64,000 bases of DNA from Alphaproteobacteria bacterium (GCA_964291215.2 OZ219791.1:2592001-2656000); one strand, 5' to 3'. Shown: positions 46,640 through 58,924, counted from the first letter of the stretch. The notes: a model not told the origin generated them from the sequence alone. Numbers and translations: made by a program.

Positions 46640-46670
46640 CAAACCTGTGCCTACACGGCAGGGCTAGACC

Positions 46671-47963
46671 GTGGAGGTGGTCCTTCTCGCCTTCGGCGCA
46701 TTGTTCGCGCTGCTGCTGCTCCAGGTGCCAATCGCCTTCGGGATGGCGATCGTCGGAACCGTTGGTTTCGGGTTCTATGTCGGCTTCGGACCGGCGTTTC
46801 GGAGCATAGGCAACGTCGCCACCGACATGGTCATGGTTTACGACTTCTCGGTGCTGCCGTTGTTCATCCTGATGGGCGCGTTCGTCGCCCGTTCCGGCAT
46901 TTCCCACGATCTCTACGACGCTTCGAACGCGTGGCTCGGCCACCGCCGCGGCGGGCTGGCAATGGCGACGGTGGTCGCCTGCGGCGGCTTCAGCGCCGTC
47001 TGTGGCTCGAGCCTCGCCACCGTCGCCACGATGTCGAAAGTCGCGATACCGTCGATGCGGAAGTTCGGGTACGACGAACGGCTGGCTACCGGCTCCATCG
47101 CCGCCGGCGGCACGCTCGGCATTCTCATCCCTCCAAGCGTTGCGCTCGTGTTCTACGGCATCATGACGGAGACCGACATCGGGCAGCTCTTTGCCGCGGG
47201 GATTATCCCCGGAATACTCGGGATCCTGCTTTATGCGGTGGCCGTCGGTGTCGTGACCCGGATCAATCCGGAACTCGGCCCACCGGGCGAGCGGCTGCCC
47301 TGGCGCGCCCGCGTGCGCGCCCTCAAGGGCATCTGGGGCATGCTGGTCCTGTTTGCGATCGTGATGGGCGGCATATATGGAGGGGTCTTCACGCCGACCG
47401 AGGCAGCCGGAATCGGCGCCTTTGGCGCCTTCGCCATCGCGCTGTTCCGGCGTCGGCTGACGCTGTCGCTCACCCTTGAAGCGCTGGCCGAAAGCGGGCG
47501 CACGACGGCGGTGCTTCTGGCCCTTCTCGTGGGCTCCCTCCTGTTTGCGAACTTCATCAACGTGGCGCGTGTCCCCAACGAGATAGCGGACTGGTTCGCA
47601 GCCATGAACGCGCCGCCGCTGATGGTGGTGGTGATCTGCATCGTCATTTACATACTGCTCGGCTGCATACTCGAGAGCATTTCGATGATGCTGCTCACCG
47701 TGCCGGTATTCTATCCGGTGATGCAGGCCATGGGCCTCGATCTCGTCTGGTTCGGCATTGTCGTCGTCGTGGTGATCGAGATCAGCCTGATCACGCCGCC
47801 GATCGGACTCAACGTCTTCGTGCTCAAGTCCATGCTGCCCGAGGTCGAGCTGACGCGAATCTTCCGTGGCGTGCTGCCGTTCATCGCCGCCGACATCATC
47901 CGCATCGCCCTGATCGTAGCGATACCGGGTCTTTCGCTCTTCCTCCCGCGCCTGCTTGAATAG
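46671..47963 (+). CDS. TRAP transporter large permease (DctM)
   Basis: LPLFILMG, CGSSLATVATM, GGTLGILIPPS, FTPTEAAG, ITPPIGLNVF. Confidence 0.92.
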   Translation: MEVVLLAFGALFALLLLQVPIAFGMAIVGTVGFGFYVGFGPAFRSIGNVATDMVMVYDFSVLPLFILMGAFVARSGISHDLYDASNAWLGHRRGGLAMATVVACGGFSAVCGSSLATVATMSKVAIPSMRKFGYDERLATGSIAAGGTLGILIPPSVALVFYGIMTETDIGQLFAAGIIPGILGILLYAVAVGVVTRINPELGPPGERLPWRARVRALKGIWGMLVLFAIVMGGIYGGVFTPTEAAGIGAFGAFAIALFRRRLTLSLTLEALAESGRTTAVLLALLVGSLLFANFINVARVPNEIADWFAAMNAPPLMVVVICIVIYILLGCILESISMMLLTVPVFYPVMQAMGLDLVWFGIVVVVVIEISLITPPIGLNVFVLKSMLPEVELTRIFRGVLPFIAADIIRIALIVAIPGLSLFLPRLLE

Positions 47964-48089
47964 CGGTATAGGTGCAGCGCCAGACGGTCCCGACCGTGAC
48001 CGTTCACAAACCGCGTCTCCGTTATTATGCTGACTGCCAGACCACGCGGGCCGGTCTGGATCCGGTTCGCGCCGCACCCGGAGGAAGCC

Positions 48090-48920
48090 GTGACATCAGT
48101 CAGCCAGGAGTTCCGCAATCTTCGGCACGTGGAGGCGCCGCTGACGTTTGCCGTCAGGGGCGGGGCCGTACCGATCAGCTTACCGTCCCGCCCCGGAGAG
48201 GGGACGGTCCACTATGAAGGCGATCATGAACAGGTGACGGTTTCGATCGCCGATGTCCGTTCCATGGCCGATGAACTCAGCCTCGACCGCCATGGATTCG
48301 CGCTGGTGCGCCATCGCTCCAAGGTCGATTTCTATGACGAGGCCCAGCGGACGGCGATCTACGAGACCGAGGTTGCCGAACTTCTGAAGCGGACCATCGG
48401 CGCACGTGACGTCATCGTATTCGATCACACGATCCGTGCCGACGACGATGAGACACGGACCCGGCACCTGGTGCGCGAACCGGTGCAGATGGTGCACAAC
48501 GACTATACCGACCGGTCGGCCCGCCAGCGGTTGCGCGATCTTATCGGCGACGAGCCGGCGGAAGAACTCATGCGGCGGCGTTTTGCGATTATCAATGTCT
48601 GGCGCGGCATCGGCGGGACTGTCGAGACCATGCCGCTGGCCCTCGCCGATGCGCGGACGATCGATCCCGCAGATCTCGTGCCGGTCGAACGCCGCGCTCA
48701 GGAACGCACGGGCGAGATCCAGCACCTCACCCACAATCCGGACCAGCAATGGTGCTACCTGCCGCGGGTCGAGCCCGATGAGGCGATCCTGATCAAGTGT
48801 TTCGATTCGGATGAGGGCTGCGCCCGCCTTTCGGCGCACACGGCGTTCGTGGACCCGACGACGCCGGCCGGCGCGCGGCCGCGTGAAAGCATCGAGACCC
48901 GGATGTTCGTCTTCTTCTGA
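48090..48920 (+). CDS. CmcJ/NvfI (AsaB-like) family oxidoreductase
   Basis: LDRHGF, VFDHTIR, VHNDYT, INVWR, PLALADART, AHTAFVDP, RESIETR. GGAGG RBS before GTG. Confidence 0.8.
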   Translation: MTSVSQEFRNLRHVEAPLTFAVRGGAVPISLPSRPGEGTVHYEGDHEQVTVSIADVRSMADELSLDRHGFALVRHRSKVDFYDEAQRTAIYETEVAELLKRTIGARDVIVFDHTIRADDDETRTRHLVREPVQMVHNDYTDRSARQRLRDLIGDEPAEELMRRRFAIINVWRGIGGTVETMPLALADARTIDPADLVPVERRAQERTGEIQHLTHNPDQQWCYLPRVEPDEAILIKCFDSDEGCARLSAHTAFVDPTTPAGARPRESIETRMFVFF

Positions 48921-48926
48921 ACAGCC

Positions 48927-49694
48927 CTACTGCACGGCGCTGGGGCCGGGAAGATCGCCAGGCCCGCCGCCCTCGGGCAGGATGCCGAGCCTGCGAGCCA
49001 CCTCCTGGTAGGCTTCCTCGACGCTTCCGAGATCGCGGCGGAACCTGTCCTTGTCCATGATCTCGTTGGTCGCGATATCCCACAGGCGGCAATTGTCGGG
49101 GCTGATCTCGTCAGCGACCACGAGGCGCATCTCGTCCTGATTCCACCAGCGTCCGAATTCAAGCTTGAAGTCGATCAGCCGGATGCCGACGGCAAGAAAC
49201 AGCCCCGAGAGGAAGTCGTTGGCCCTGAGGGACAGGTGCATCATCTCGTCGAGCTCCTGGGGTGAAGCCCATCCGAACGCGGCGATGTGCTCCTCGGCGA
49301 CCAGCGGGTCGTCGAGATCGTCCGCCTTGAAATAGAACTCGACGATCGACCGCGGCAGCGGCTCGCCTTCCTTGAGCCTGAAACGCTGGGTGATCGACCC
49401 GGCAGCAATGTTGCGCACGACCACCTCGATCGGAATGATCTCCACTTCGTGGACGAGTTGCTCGCGCATGTTCAGGCGGCGCACGAAATGCGTGGGAATC
49501 CCGACCTCCTTCAGGCGCAGCATCAGGTATTCCGAGATTCTGTTGTTAAGCACGCCCTTGCCGGTGATGACGCCCTTCTTCTTGTTGTTGAAGGCGCTCG
49601 CATCGTCCTTGAAATACTGAACGAGGGTGCCGGGCTCCGGCCCTTCGAAAAGGACTTTCGCCTTGCCCTCGTAGATCCGTCTGCGTCGGGCCAT
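48927..49694 (-). CDS. purC: SAICAR synthase
   Basis: [51 protein letters not shown]. Confidence 0.96.
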   Translation of the reverse strand: MARRRRIYEGKAKVLFEGPEPGTLVQYFKDDASAFNNKKKGVITGKGVLNNRISEYLMLRLKEVGIPTHFVRRLNMREQLVHEVEIIPIEVVVRNIAAGSITQRFRLKEGEPLPRSIVEFYFKADDLDDPLVAEEHIAAFGWASPQELDEMMHLSLRANDFLSGLFLAVGIRLIDFKLEFGRWWNQDEMRLVVADEISPDNCRLWDIATNEIMDKDRFRRDLGSVEEAYQEVARRLGILPEGGGPGDLPGPSAVQ

Positions 49695-49968
49695 GATGGG
49701 TGTCCAGTCTGGAGAGGTGGGGCAGGGTGTCGCAGGGCGCTGAATATCTGATATATGGATTCTGGACGCCGGTCAATGACGGCGGCCAAGGAAATTGCTG
49801 AATTACGCTTCTCCGTGTCGGCTGTGGAAGCCGCGGTCGAAGCGTACCCGGCGGAGATCCACAAACCGGGTCTGTAAACTCTCTACCATCGGCACCGCGT
49901 GATCGACATCGCCGCCCTGCCCGGTGATTTCATGGCGCAAGATGAAACTGTGCTGTTCTTCCAGAATG

Positions 49969-52900
49969 GTATCTACTCACCCCTAGTTGGGTTCTGATTG
50001 GTCGTGGTGCTCGTTGATGATGTCTGCGGCTTTTCCGTCGAGGGCGGTCTGGGTGGCGACGTGATGATTGTAGCCGAGTGCGGCCATGGAGGTGAGGTAG
50101 CTTGGCACCATGCTTTTGCGTGGAGCGGAAGCATCCGGACACCTTGACCTTTGCCATCCTGATTTTCTGTTCTCCGGCATTGTTGGTGAAGCTGACGTCG
50201 GGTGCGCCAGGCAAACTGGTGGAATGTGGCCGGGTGCAAGTCCCGAGAGAGGCTAATTTCTCCGTGAACCATGCGTCGCCAGGCGAAGCGTTGGGGAGCG
50301 GCAGGCTATTGAGCCACGAGATGCTTTGAAACCGGAGTGCCGAGGTCGTGGCCGAAGGCAACGAGCCGCGTTGGTGAGGGGGGCTCCGCGGGGTCCGAGA
50401 ACCAGGGCACGCGCCGAAGCAGGGACCTGGGAGGTCTTGCCCCTCTGTCGTGGAGGGGCCGCAGAGGAAAGGAACTAATCCGTAAACCGATGATGAACGA
50501 GAAGTCAGATTCGGCCATAGTACCGTTGAAGGCGGCGAACAAGGGTTCTTCGGAGCCTGCGGAGTTGTTGGAGGGAAGGGCAATGCGGTTGGCCCGCGCC
50601 GCGCGCAGAAGCGGGGGTCACAGGCGGCTGAACGCAGGTAGCGAAGAGGAACCCGGAAGAGCGTCTTTACTCCACCACGTGACGTTCTGCACGATGCGTT
50701 CCATTCCTTGAGGAAGGACGCGGCGGCGGGGCGTTGTGTGGCAAACGTACGGGGTGGAACTGCCTGCACGCCCGTGTGCACAGGGGCGGGCGCCTCCAGG
50801 GTTTACATACCCAAGGAGGATGGAGGGCAACTTGCCTCGGACAAGATTCTTCAGCGGGCGGTGTGATTCTGGTGCCGCGAGACGGAGTTCCTCGGGTTTA
50901 GTTACGGCTTCCGGCCGGGGCGCATCATGCGCCGTCACGGTGGAACGGCGGAAGGTCAACTGGATCGTTGACGCTCGTGGGTTCTTCGACAATCTCGACC
51001 GCGACCATCTGGTTGCGATGCTCGGGAAACGGATCGGGGGGTCTGATCATCAAGTGACGCCGGCGTCATGGAAGGGACCGACTGGCAAGGGAACACCGCA
51101 AGGGGCGGCGCCCTGCCTTGCGAACCTGCACTACGTGCGACTGGTTCCAGAACCACTGGCGCAAGCGGGACACGATCATTATGCGGACGACTTCGTGTGC
51201 GGCTTTCAGAATCTGGGCGACGCTGGGACCTTGGGGAGAGACTGGCCCACTTGAACTGCACCCGGAAAATCATCGAGTTCGGTCGGTTTGCCAGAGCGAA
51301 CCGCCGGAAGCGTGGACAAGACGTTCGACTTCCTCGGCATGACGCACTTCTGCGAACAGACGAGGAAAGGCAGGTTCAGGGTCGGTCGCAAACGGGCACC
51401 CTGCGGCGGATCAAGGAGGCCTTGCGCATGCGGTGGCACGATAACCGGCACGAAACGGCCAAGTGGTGAGTTATCAACGGCTGCTACTACGCCGTTCCAG
51501 GAAGCAGCCTGCAGAAGTTCATACACCAATGCAAACAGCTGCGTGCCCTTCGGCGACGCTCCCAAAAGGACTTCACCGGGGACATAGACACCCTCACCGC
51601 TGCCCACTGAGCCCGTGGCCAAACCAGCGCCTTGTCGTCAGGGGAGGAGCGAACAGCGCACGTCCGGTTCTGTGCGGGGGGTAACCCGGTTCCCTACCGC
51701 GATGGTCGTCTGTGAAGCGCAGGTTTTCGTGTTTCACGAGACGTTCGTGCAGGGTATCTACTCACCCCTTGTTGGGTTCTGATTCATAGTGCTCGTTGAT
51801 GATGTCTGCGGCTTTTCCGTCGAGGGCGATCTGGGTGGCGACGAGTGGGTTGTAGCCGAGTGCGGCCATGGAGGTGAGGTAGCTTGAGCTCCGGCACCAT
51901 GCCTTTGCGTGGGGCATGGTGCGGAAGCATCCGGACACCTTGACCTTTGCCATCCTGATCTTCTGTTCTCCGGCATTGTTGGTGAAGCTGACGTTGGGGT
52001 CGTCTGTGAAGCGCAGGTTTTCGTGTTTCACGAGACGTTCGTGCAGGTTGTGCGCGTCGGACTTGCGTCCACGTTTTCCTTTCGGCGGCGGCGGGATATC
52101 GGGCAGTTCCCTGGCGCCCTGCGTGAGGATGGTGCGGTAGCGCTTGCGCACGGCCCGGCGTCGTTCAGGGTTTTGGATGCGCTCTTGTTGACCTTGTGGA
52201 AGACCTCGCGGAGCAGGCTCTTCATCAGTCGCGCCCAGCGGTAGCCTCGACGACAAAGGTCAGTTCGCGCAGCAGGTGGCTGCCGCACAACTGGTGGCTA
52301 CACTGGCCCATGTACGAGGCCCAGCAGTCAGGACGCCCTTGTAGCGCGGGATGATGCCGATCTCTTGCCTCCCGGCCGCGCTTGCGGTGCGGGAACTTGC
52401 ACGTCAGGGTCCCACGACATGGAGCCACTTACTGTTGATCCGAAATCGTCGACATCGGGCGTTGCAGGAGATGCGCCACGGCGGCCTCCTCCCATGACAC
52501 GAGCGCATCGTGAAAGCATAGCCGAGGCCTCGGAGAGCTTGATGCCGGAGATCGCCTGCACGAACGCGACGGCACGGCGCAGGGACAGCATTTGGGCGAC
52601 CAGCAGGTTGATGACGAGGGCCTGAATGCCGATGCCGTACTGCACGGGATGTTGTCGGGAAACCGGCCCCGGGCCTTGCACTTCGGGCATTCCTTGATCT
52701 CGGCGCGGCGCTCGACGACCTCGAACACGATGTCATAGAGGACGCGGCGCTCCCGATCGACGGGGCCGTCGATGTCAGCGTCGCAGGCCGCGACCGTCTC
52801 CTCGACGATGGTCTTGCGCAGGTTGTCGCCCATCTGCCGGTTCGGCTTCGGGCCCTTGCCGTTGCTTCCGGCACGCTCTCGTCCTTGTCCGTCTGTGACG

Positions 52901-53344
52901 GCGGCAGACCGGAGTTCCGGCTCGTGCGTAGTCTTCTCCAGAAGGACGACGATGAGGATGTCGAGCAGGATGACGAAGACGCGGATCACGGCCTCTTTCG
53001 GCACCTTGCCGGCCGCACGCAGCGCCGCGGTCTTGGCCGCTTCGAACTCCTCGCGCGCCGCGTTGACCGTCGCCATCACCCGGCCTCGACGGTCATGATC
53101 GTCGCGAGCATCGCCTGGCGCTCGCCCGGCGGCATCTTCCGGTACTCCGCCTTGCGCTTCATCAGCGCGCCGCCTCCGATGGCACAGCCCGCTCGTCGCC
53201 TTCGATCCAAAGTAGCTCACTGCCGGTCCCCGTCGTTCTCGATGACCACCACTAAACGAATCGGCCTGCAGTGTCAAATCTCCACGAAAACCCGTTCGTT
53301 GCTTTACCCCGACATCAAGCCGGAACCAGGGGGTGAGCAGTTAC
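49969..53344 (-). mobile_element. Tandem IS66-like composite: 3' remnant with intron (49969-51753) plus full decayed copy (51754-53344)
   Basis: IRR GTATCTACTCACCCC at 49969 and 51754; IRL ends at 53344. No TSD found. Confidence 0.85.
50202..51703 (+). mobile_element. Group II intron copy (more eroded)
   Basis: 5' GTGCG, 3' CCCTACCGCGAT, HYADDFVCGF; same target site as 39213. Confidence 0.88.
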
Positions 53345-53367
53345 CGAAGCACATATATTCTGTTTAG

Positions 53368-53777
53368 GGCCCGTCACGAAACAATCGCGTCTGTGTCGGG
53401 TGTTGGCAAGAGTGAATAGTTCCACTCGCCCTGGAATTTTGCGCGTTTGATGTCGAGGGCCTTTATCTCGGCATCCTTGATTCCCTTCGGACAGGTGTTT
53501 TCGTCGACATCGCAATAGACCTTGAGGCCGGTTTCGGTGGTGGTTGCTCTGATTCAGGCTGACGATGGTGGCCAGGTTGCGCAGCGGCTTGCCGCGCCAG
53601 TTCTGGCTGATGAACGAGAACAGGCGGTGTGCGGTTCCATTTGCTGGTGCCGGGCGGCAGACCATGATCTCGAGTTCCTTGGCGAACTTCTGCAGTTCGA
53701 CCTTCCACAGTCGGGCCCCGTTCGAGCCGCCACAGTCGGCGGTGATCAGCAGCCGCCCCAGGGTAGCGCTTGCGCCC
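53368..53777 (-). pseudogene. ISAzo13-family transposase C-terminal fragment
   Basis: RLLITADCGGSNG, WKVELQKFA, PPGTSKWN, HRLFSFISQNWRGKPL. Confidence 0.82.
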
Positions 53778-53779
53778 TA

Positions 53780-55001
53780 GTAGTCTAACATTATTGGATT
53801 GAGGGATATAGTGACTTCAGTTTCGTCCGGGCATCCTTCGTCGTGAAACGCCAGTCGACAGTGACATCGGCCGCATTGCGCCGTTCCACCCACGCCACGG
53901 TCTCCCGCAGCATGGTGTCGCGGTCGGGAATGCGTCGCCGAAGGCATTGCCGCGACAGCGCACCGATCTCGATCTCGGCCATGTTGAGCCAGCTTCCATG
54001 CTTCGGCGTATAGCGAAACTCGAACCGCTTTCGTACCCGCCTCCTCGGGCTCGAAGGCTTCATACAGTGACTGTGCGTGTTCAGATTGTCCGGCACGATC
54101 TTCCTGTCGGGGAAATGGTCGTCGGCAAGCTCCCGGATGAAGTGCGCCCAGTCCCGCGGCGGTCGGTGACTTTCACCGTGCGCCAGTTCTCGTTGGGCGC
54201 AAAGGCCATGAAGAGGTTGGCCGTGCCGTTGCGCTCATATTCATAGTTGACCACCTCCGGCTGACCGGAGGACGGGGGGTTTCCTTCGTCTGCTGCCGGC
54301 TGGTCTCAGCACCTCGTCCCTGGCAAAGTCCCGCTGATAAATGTCAAGCACATCCGCCGCCACGAACTGTGCGCTCCGGTGCGGTGGAATGCACCAGTTC
54401 AGCCACGGCTTGATCTCCTTTTTTTAGCGTCTTCCTGACCGTCTCTTCTGAAATGCGCTCGACAATCTCCATCTCCACCAGACGGCCGGCGAGCAGCTTC
54501 AGCGTCCAGCGCGCACAGCCCTCGGGCGGGGACGAACAGGGCGATCAGCTTCGCCTCCATCGCCCCCGTTTTGGCCGGCGGTTCACCTGCCCCTTGCGGC
54601 TGAGGGCGGCGTCCAGCCCCTTCAGGACGCAGCACTTGCGCAAGCGCTCAATCGTCGCCGTGCCCAGCCCTATGTCGGCATCGACAAGCGCCCCCTCAGC
54701 ATCAGGACCTGTGCCCGGCGCCAGGCGGCCCCGGTGCCGTCGACGATCGCCTTCAAATCCTGGCGCTCCTGCGTTGAAAGGGTCACGCGGTAGAGCTTCC
54801 TGCCCCGAGAGTTGGCCATATGCGCCGCTCCTGTCATTGCGCCGAAGACCTGCGGGCATGCCCGTTGTCCGGACCTGCACATGGGGCTGCCTGCCTGTTC
54901 GGCATCTGCCCGTGTGGATATCGGTACTGTCCGGATTCCAACGAACGCCGACACGAAAATACTACCCACAAAAAACCATCAATACAATGCCGGTGGACTA
55001 A
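53780..55001 (-). mobile_element. IS630-family element (decayed), copy 2
   Basis: Reverse-complement homolog of 35462-36742 with TA at both ends. Confidence 0.88.
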
Positions 55002-55197
55002 TAGGCCGAAGTTCCAAAGATGATCAGACCTAAATATCTTATAGAAATGACATTCGATACATTTCAGCGGTCTGAGTACACTATGGCTTCACGCCTAGGA
55101 GCTTGAATGCCCTTCTCTGGAGCAGCGTGGGCCGTGTGGTGACCTGGAAGGGTTCGGCGCCCGCAAGGCGGGGCGCCACGGTGTTGCGGGTGAGGCG

Positions 55198-55721
55198 AGA
55201 CCAGCCGGCAGCAGACGAAGGAAACCCGCATCCCCCGGTCAGCCGGAGGTGGTCGACTATGAACCCCCGAAACGGCACGGCCAACCTCTTCATGGCCTTT
55301 GCGCCCAACGAGAACTGGCGCACGGTGAAAGTCACCGACCGCCGCGGGACTGGGCGCACTTCATCCGGGAGCTTGCCGACGACCATTTCCCCGACAGGAA
55401 GATCGTGCTGGACAATCTGAACACGCACAGTCGCTGTATGAAGCCTTCGAGCCCGAGGAGGCGGGTGCGAAAGCGGTTCGAGTTTCGCTACACGCCGAAG
55501 CACGGGAGCTGGCTCAACATGGCCGAAATCGAGATCGGCGCGCTGTCGCGGCAGTGCCTTCGGCGACGTATTCCCGACCGTGACACCATGCGGCGGGAGA
55601 CGACAGCATGGGTGGAACGGCGCAATGCGGGCGATGTCACCGTCGACTGGCGTTTCACGACGAAGGATGCCCGGACGAAACTGAAGTCTCTATATCCATC
55701 AATCCAATAATGCCATACTAC
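55198..55721 (+). mobile_element. IS630-family element, 3' half (copy 3)
   Basis: LDNLNTH..YTPKHGSWLNMAEIE..KLKSLYPSIQ and the right end ACTAC-TAG. Confidence 0.85.
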
Positions 55722-55787
55722 TAGTTGTCGGGCGCAAGAAGGCTGCTGCCGATCTCGAGGGCAGGGCTCAGCAACGACTCCGTCCGG

Positions 55788-56624
55788 TCAGCATCCTGCG
55801 CCCGTCGGGTGCTTGCGAGGGCGCTCCGTGCGGTGGCAGAAAGCGGTGGCGGCAGCCGGTGGAGCGCCCTTCGCGTCGAGCGCCACAGGCAGGAAAGGGA
55901 CCTCGGACGGCGCGCCCGCCGCGAAAAGCCAGACCGGGCGGCGGGCGGAAAGACCCATGGCCGGAAGTGCGATCAGCGCGCTCGATACGGTGGCGAATCC
56001 GTGCTCGGTGAATATGCACATCGCCTCGTGCGGGCCGGTGCCCGGCGCATGTTCGGTGCTTGCAAGCAGAGTCTGCCAGTTGCTCCAGTCGCTCCGCTCG
56101 GGATCGGGATCGGGAGCGCTGTCGAATTTGGGCCTGAAATACGACAGCCGTGGCGATGCCGGGTCGTTGAGGTCCGCCGACGTTACCATCGACAGGCCTG
56201 CCGGCAGTTCGTGCGCCTCGACGGCACCGGCACCGGTGCTGCGCAGCCAGAAGCCGTCGCGGTTGTCGGCGATGACCATGTTGAACGAACGGTAGCTGGT
56301 GCCGTCGACCTGCGAGAGCGCGTCGGCAGCGGCATTGGCGTCGGCATGGTCGAGCGATTCCAGAACGAGTTCGCCGCGCGAACGCAGCAACGGATCGGGT
56401 CCCAGGGAATCGCGGCGGTTGAGAACCGCCGCGACCACGCCCTCATCGTTGAGGCCGAGCCACGTGCCGCCGGCGAGGCGGTCGATGCCGGCGACGACAT
56501 TGCTGCGGTCGCGCCAGTGGCGTGCCGGCGGGTCCCACGGACGGTCGACCATCTCGTCGCGGTTTGCCGCGAGGACGACCGGCCATTCGTGATCCGGGCG
56601 CCGCAGAGCGACTACCGTGCACAT
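55788..56624 (-). CDS. NRDE/TANGO2 family protein
   Basis: N-terminal MCT, LAANRDE, DRLAGGTWLGLN, RSRGELV. Confidence 0.88.
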   Translation of the reverse strand: MCTVVALRRPDHEWPVVLAANRDEMVDRPWDPPARHWRDRSNVVAGIDRLAGGTWLGLNDEGVVAAVLNRRDSLGPDPLLRSRGELVLESLDHADANAAADALSQVDGTSYRSFNMVIADNRDGFWLRSTGAGAVEAHELPAGLSMVTSADLNDPASPRLSYFRPKFDSAPDPDPERSDWSNWQTLLASTEHAPGTGPHEAMCIFTEHGFATVSSALIALPAMGLSARRPVWLFAAGAPSEVPFLPVALDAKGAPPAAATAFCHRTERPRKHPTGAGC

Positions 56625-56770
56625 GGGGGCGCCGCAGTCCGCGCGTCGCGCGGGCGCAGGGGGATTGGGGCGCTCACGCCGGACCTGTTGACAGACGTCT
56701 TGCGAGGAACGATCAATGGCATGGGTATCGCTGTTCAGCGGCCGGGTTGCAAAGAAAGGAGTCCGTCGCG

Positions 56771-57097
56771 ATGTCGACTTTCGATGAACGGGAAAAGAGC
56801 TTTGAGAGCAAGTACAAGCGCGAACAGGAAACGCTGTTCCGCGCAACGTCGCGGCGCAACCGTCTGCTCGGGCTGTGGGCGGCTGGTCAGTTCAACCTTG
56901 CCGACGACAAGGTGCAGGGCTATGCGAAGGAGGTCGTGCTTTCCGATTTCGAGGAGCCTGGCGACGACGACGTGATCCGCAAGGTTCTCAAGGACTTTGC
57001 CGATCACGGTATCGACATGGACGAAGCCCGGTTGCGCCGGCAAATGACGCACCTGATGGACGAGGCCGTCCGCCAGATCGAGTCCGAGGAAGACTGA
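56771..57097 (+). CDS. DUF1476 / F1Fo-ATPase inhibitor zeta subunit
   Basis: MSTFDEREKSFESKY..RRNRLLGLWAA..DFEEPGDDDVIRKV; AAAGGAG RBS. Confidence 0.88.
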   Translation: MSTFDEREKSFESKYKREQETLFRATSRRNRLLGLWAAGQFNLADDKVQGYAKEVVLSDFEEPGDDDVIRKVLKDFADHGIDMDEARLRRQMTHLMDEAVRQIESEED

Positions 57098-57144
57098 CCG
57101 GGCGGGGCGCAGCATCAGCTTCGCGCGCCGGCGTCCCGGCCGCC

Positions 57145-57750
57145 CTACGACGCGTCCTCCGCGGGATCCTGCAGGGCATCCGCCTCATCCTCCTCGGGAG
57201 CCGTCGCCACGTCGTCATTTTTCGGAGGCAGTGTCTCGTCATCCTCGATGTCGGCGTCCTGATCGGCACGCACACTCTCGCCCCGGGCCTGCATCTCGGC
57301 TTCCTCTTCAGAACGGGCGACATTCGTCGTCACCTCGACCGCCACCTCGGGATGGAGGCGGATGCGTACCTGGTGCAACCCGACCGTCTTGATCGGGTGG
57401 TCAAGCTGGATCTGACGGCGGTCCACGGTCACGCCGGCCTCGCAGACTGCGCCGGCGATGTCGCGCGTCGTCACCGACCCGTAGAGATGATCGTTGTCGC
57501 TGGCTTGGCGCACGATAACGACCGAGAAGTCCTCAAGCTTCTCGGCGACGTTCTGCGCCTCGGCGCGGTGTTCGAGATTCTCGGCCTCGAGCCGGGTGCG
57601 CCTTTCCTCGAACGAGGAGCGGTTTTCCGAGGTAGCGCGAAGCGCCTTTTTCTGTGGCAGCAAGTAGTTGCGTGCGTAACCCGGCCGGACGTTGACCACA
57701 TCGCCCATCTGTCCGAGTTTCTCCACGCGTTCCAGCAGTATCACTTCCAT
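57145..57750 (-). CDS. rplI: 50S ribosomal protein L9
   Basis: [46 protein letters not shown]. Confidence 0.96.
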   Translation of the reverse strand: MEVILLERVEKLGQMGDVVNVRPGYARNYLLPQKKALRATSENRSSFEERRTRLEAENLEHRAEAQNVAEKLEDFSVVIVRQASDNDHLYGSVTTRDIAGAVCEAGVTVDRRQIQLDHPIKTVGLHQVRIRLHPEVAVEVTTNVARSEEEAEMQARGESVRADQDADIEDDETLPPKNDDVATAPEEDEADALQDPAEDAS

Positions 57751-58667
57751 TACTCTTCCCCCTGTTTCGTGCCGGCCGCGATGGTGCGTCTGCGTAGCCG
57801 CAGCCAGCGCTCGAGGATACCGAGCAGGCATGTCGGCAGCGCCGGCCATGCGGTGAATATCGTGAGCAGGTAGAACCCGCCGAGGGCCACGAGGCGGGCG
57901 GGCCAGTTCATCGTGATCGTGTGCACCACCGCGAGCCCGACAAGGAAGAACGGCAGGCTCGAAATGATCATTACGTTAGTGCCGATATAGGCGGCGGGGC
58001 CGCCGAGTAGCGACAGCGCCGCACCGAGCGTGAGCGTGCCGAGCGGCCACAGGGGAACGTCGATCTCGCGGAATCTGGTGTCGAGCCGGATCGGTATGCC
58101 CCAGCGGCGAACCGCGAGATAGGCGATGGCGCAGTTCGACCCGATCATCAGCATCCAGGAGGCACCCGCGATGCCGGGAAAGAGATGGATCAGCTGGTCC
58201 ACACCGCCGCCGCCGACGGCAAGTGTGATCGGTTTCAGAAACTCCCGGGTGGCATTCTGAAGCTCCGCGGGGGAGCCGCCGAAGACCAGCAGCGCGATGC
58301 CAAAGATGGCAAGACTGAACGCCGTGAGCATGCCGAGCAGGCGATCCATCGGATACCAGTGGGTCGAACCGTTGTCGTCCTCGCGCGAAGTGAGCGCGAA
58401 GTGGACGAGCGCCAGCACCGGGGCTGCCGAGGTGACAAGGAACAGCGAAAGCGCACCCACGCCTGGTGCAGCCAGCGCGATGATGACGGCTGCCACGGCT
58501 GCGGAGACGGTCGCCGGCATGATGCCGAATCCGAAACCGGTTGCCGCCACCGGCACCAACGCGAAGTAGGCCAGCAGGATGCCAGCCAGAGGTCCGAACG
58601 TCACCGAGAGGTGCAGCAAGGCCGTCACGATGCCTGCCCCGACAGGAATGAACTGTGCCCGCGACAT
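57750..58667 (-). CDS. DUF2232 (YybS-like) membrane protein
   Basis: Polytopic hydrophobic ORF with HWYP and [11 protein letters not shown]; usual position between rpsR and rplI. Confidence 0.75.
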   Translation of the reverse strand: MSRAQFIPVGAGIVTALLHLSVTFGPLAGILLAYFALVPVAATGFGFGIMPATVSAAVAAVIIALAAPGVGALSLFLVTSAAPVLALVHFALTSREDDNGSTHWYPMDRLLGMLTAFSLAIFGIALLVFGGSPAELQNATREFLKPITLAVGGGGVDQLIHLFPGIAGASWMLMIGSNCAIAYLAVRRWGIPIRLDTRFREIDVPLWPLGTLTLGAALSLLGGPAAYIGTNVMIISSLPFFLVGLAVVHTITMNWPARLVALGGFYLLTIFTAWPALPTCLLGILERWLRLRRRTIAAGTKQGEE

Positions 58668-58696
58668 GCTGGGCCTCCGGAAAACGCTCGGTGGCG

Positions 58697-58924
58697 TCAG
58701 TCCACCGAGAACGGCAGCAGCGCGAGCGTCCGAGCGCGCTTGATGGCCTTCGCCAGTTCCCGCTGCTTTTTCGCTGAAACGGCCGTGATTCGGCTTGGCA
58801 CTATCTTGCCGCGCTCCGACGTGAAACGCTGCAGCAGCTTGACGTTCTTGTAATCGATCCGAGGCGCATTGGCACCGGAAAACGGACAGCTCTTCGGCCG
58901 TCTGAAGAATGGCCGCCGGCTCAT
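58697..58924 (-). CDS. rpsR: 30S ribosomal protein S18
   Basis: [38 protein letters not shown]. Confidence 0.96.
   Translation of the reverse strand: MSRRPFFRRPKSCPFSGANAPRIDYKNVKLLQRFTSERGKIVPSRITAVSAKKQRELAKAIKRARTLALLPFSVD

Larger units (their letters stand above)
36748..46661 (+). mobile_element. IS4 (IS50-like) element expanded to about 9.9 kb by nested insertions
   Basis: IRs CTGCCGTGTAGACATAGATCTGC (36748) and GCAAACCTGTGCCTACACGGCAG (ends 46661) match 19/23. GGCTAG flanks both sides once IS630 is removed. Confidence 0.72.
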
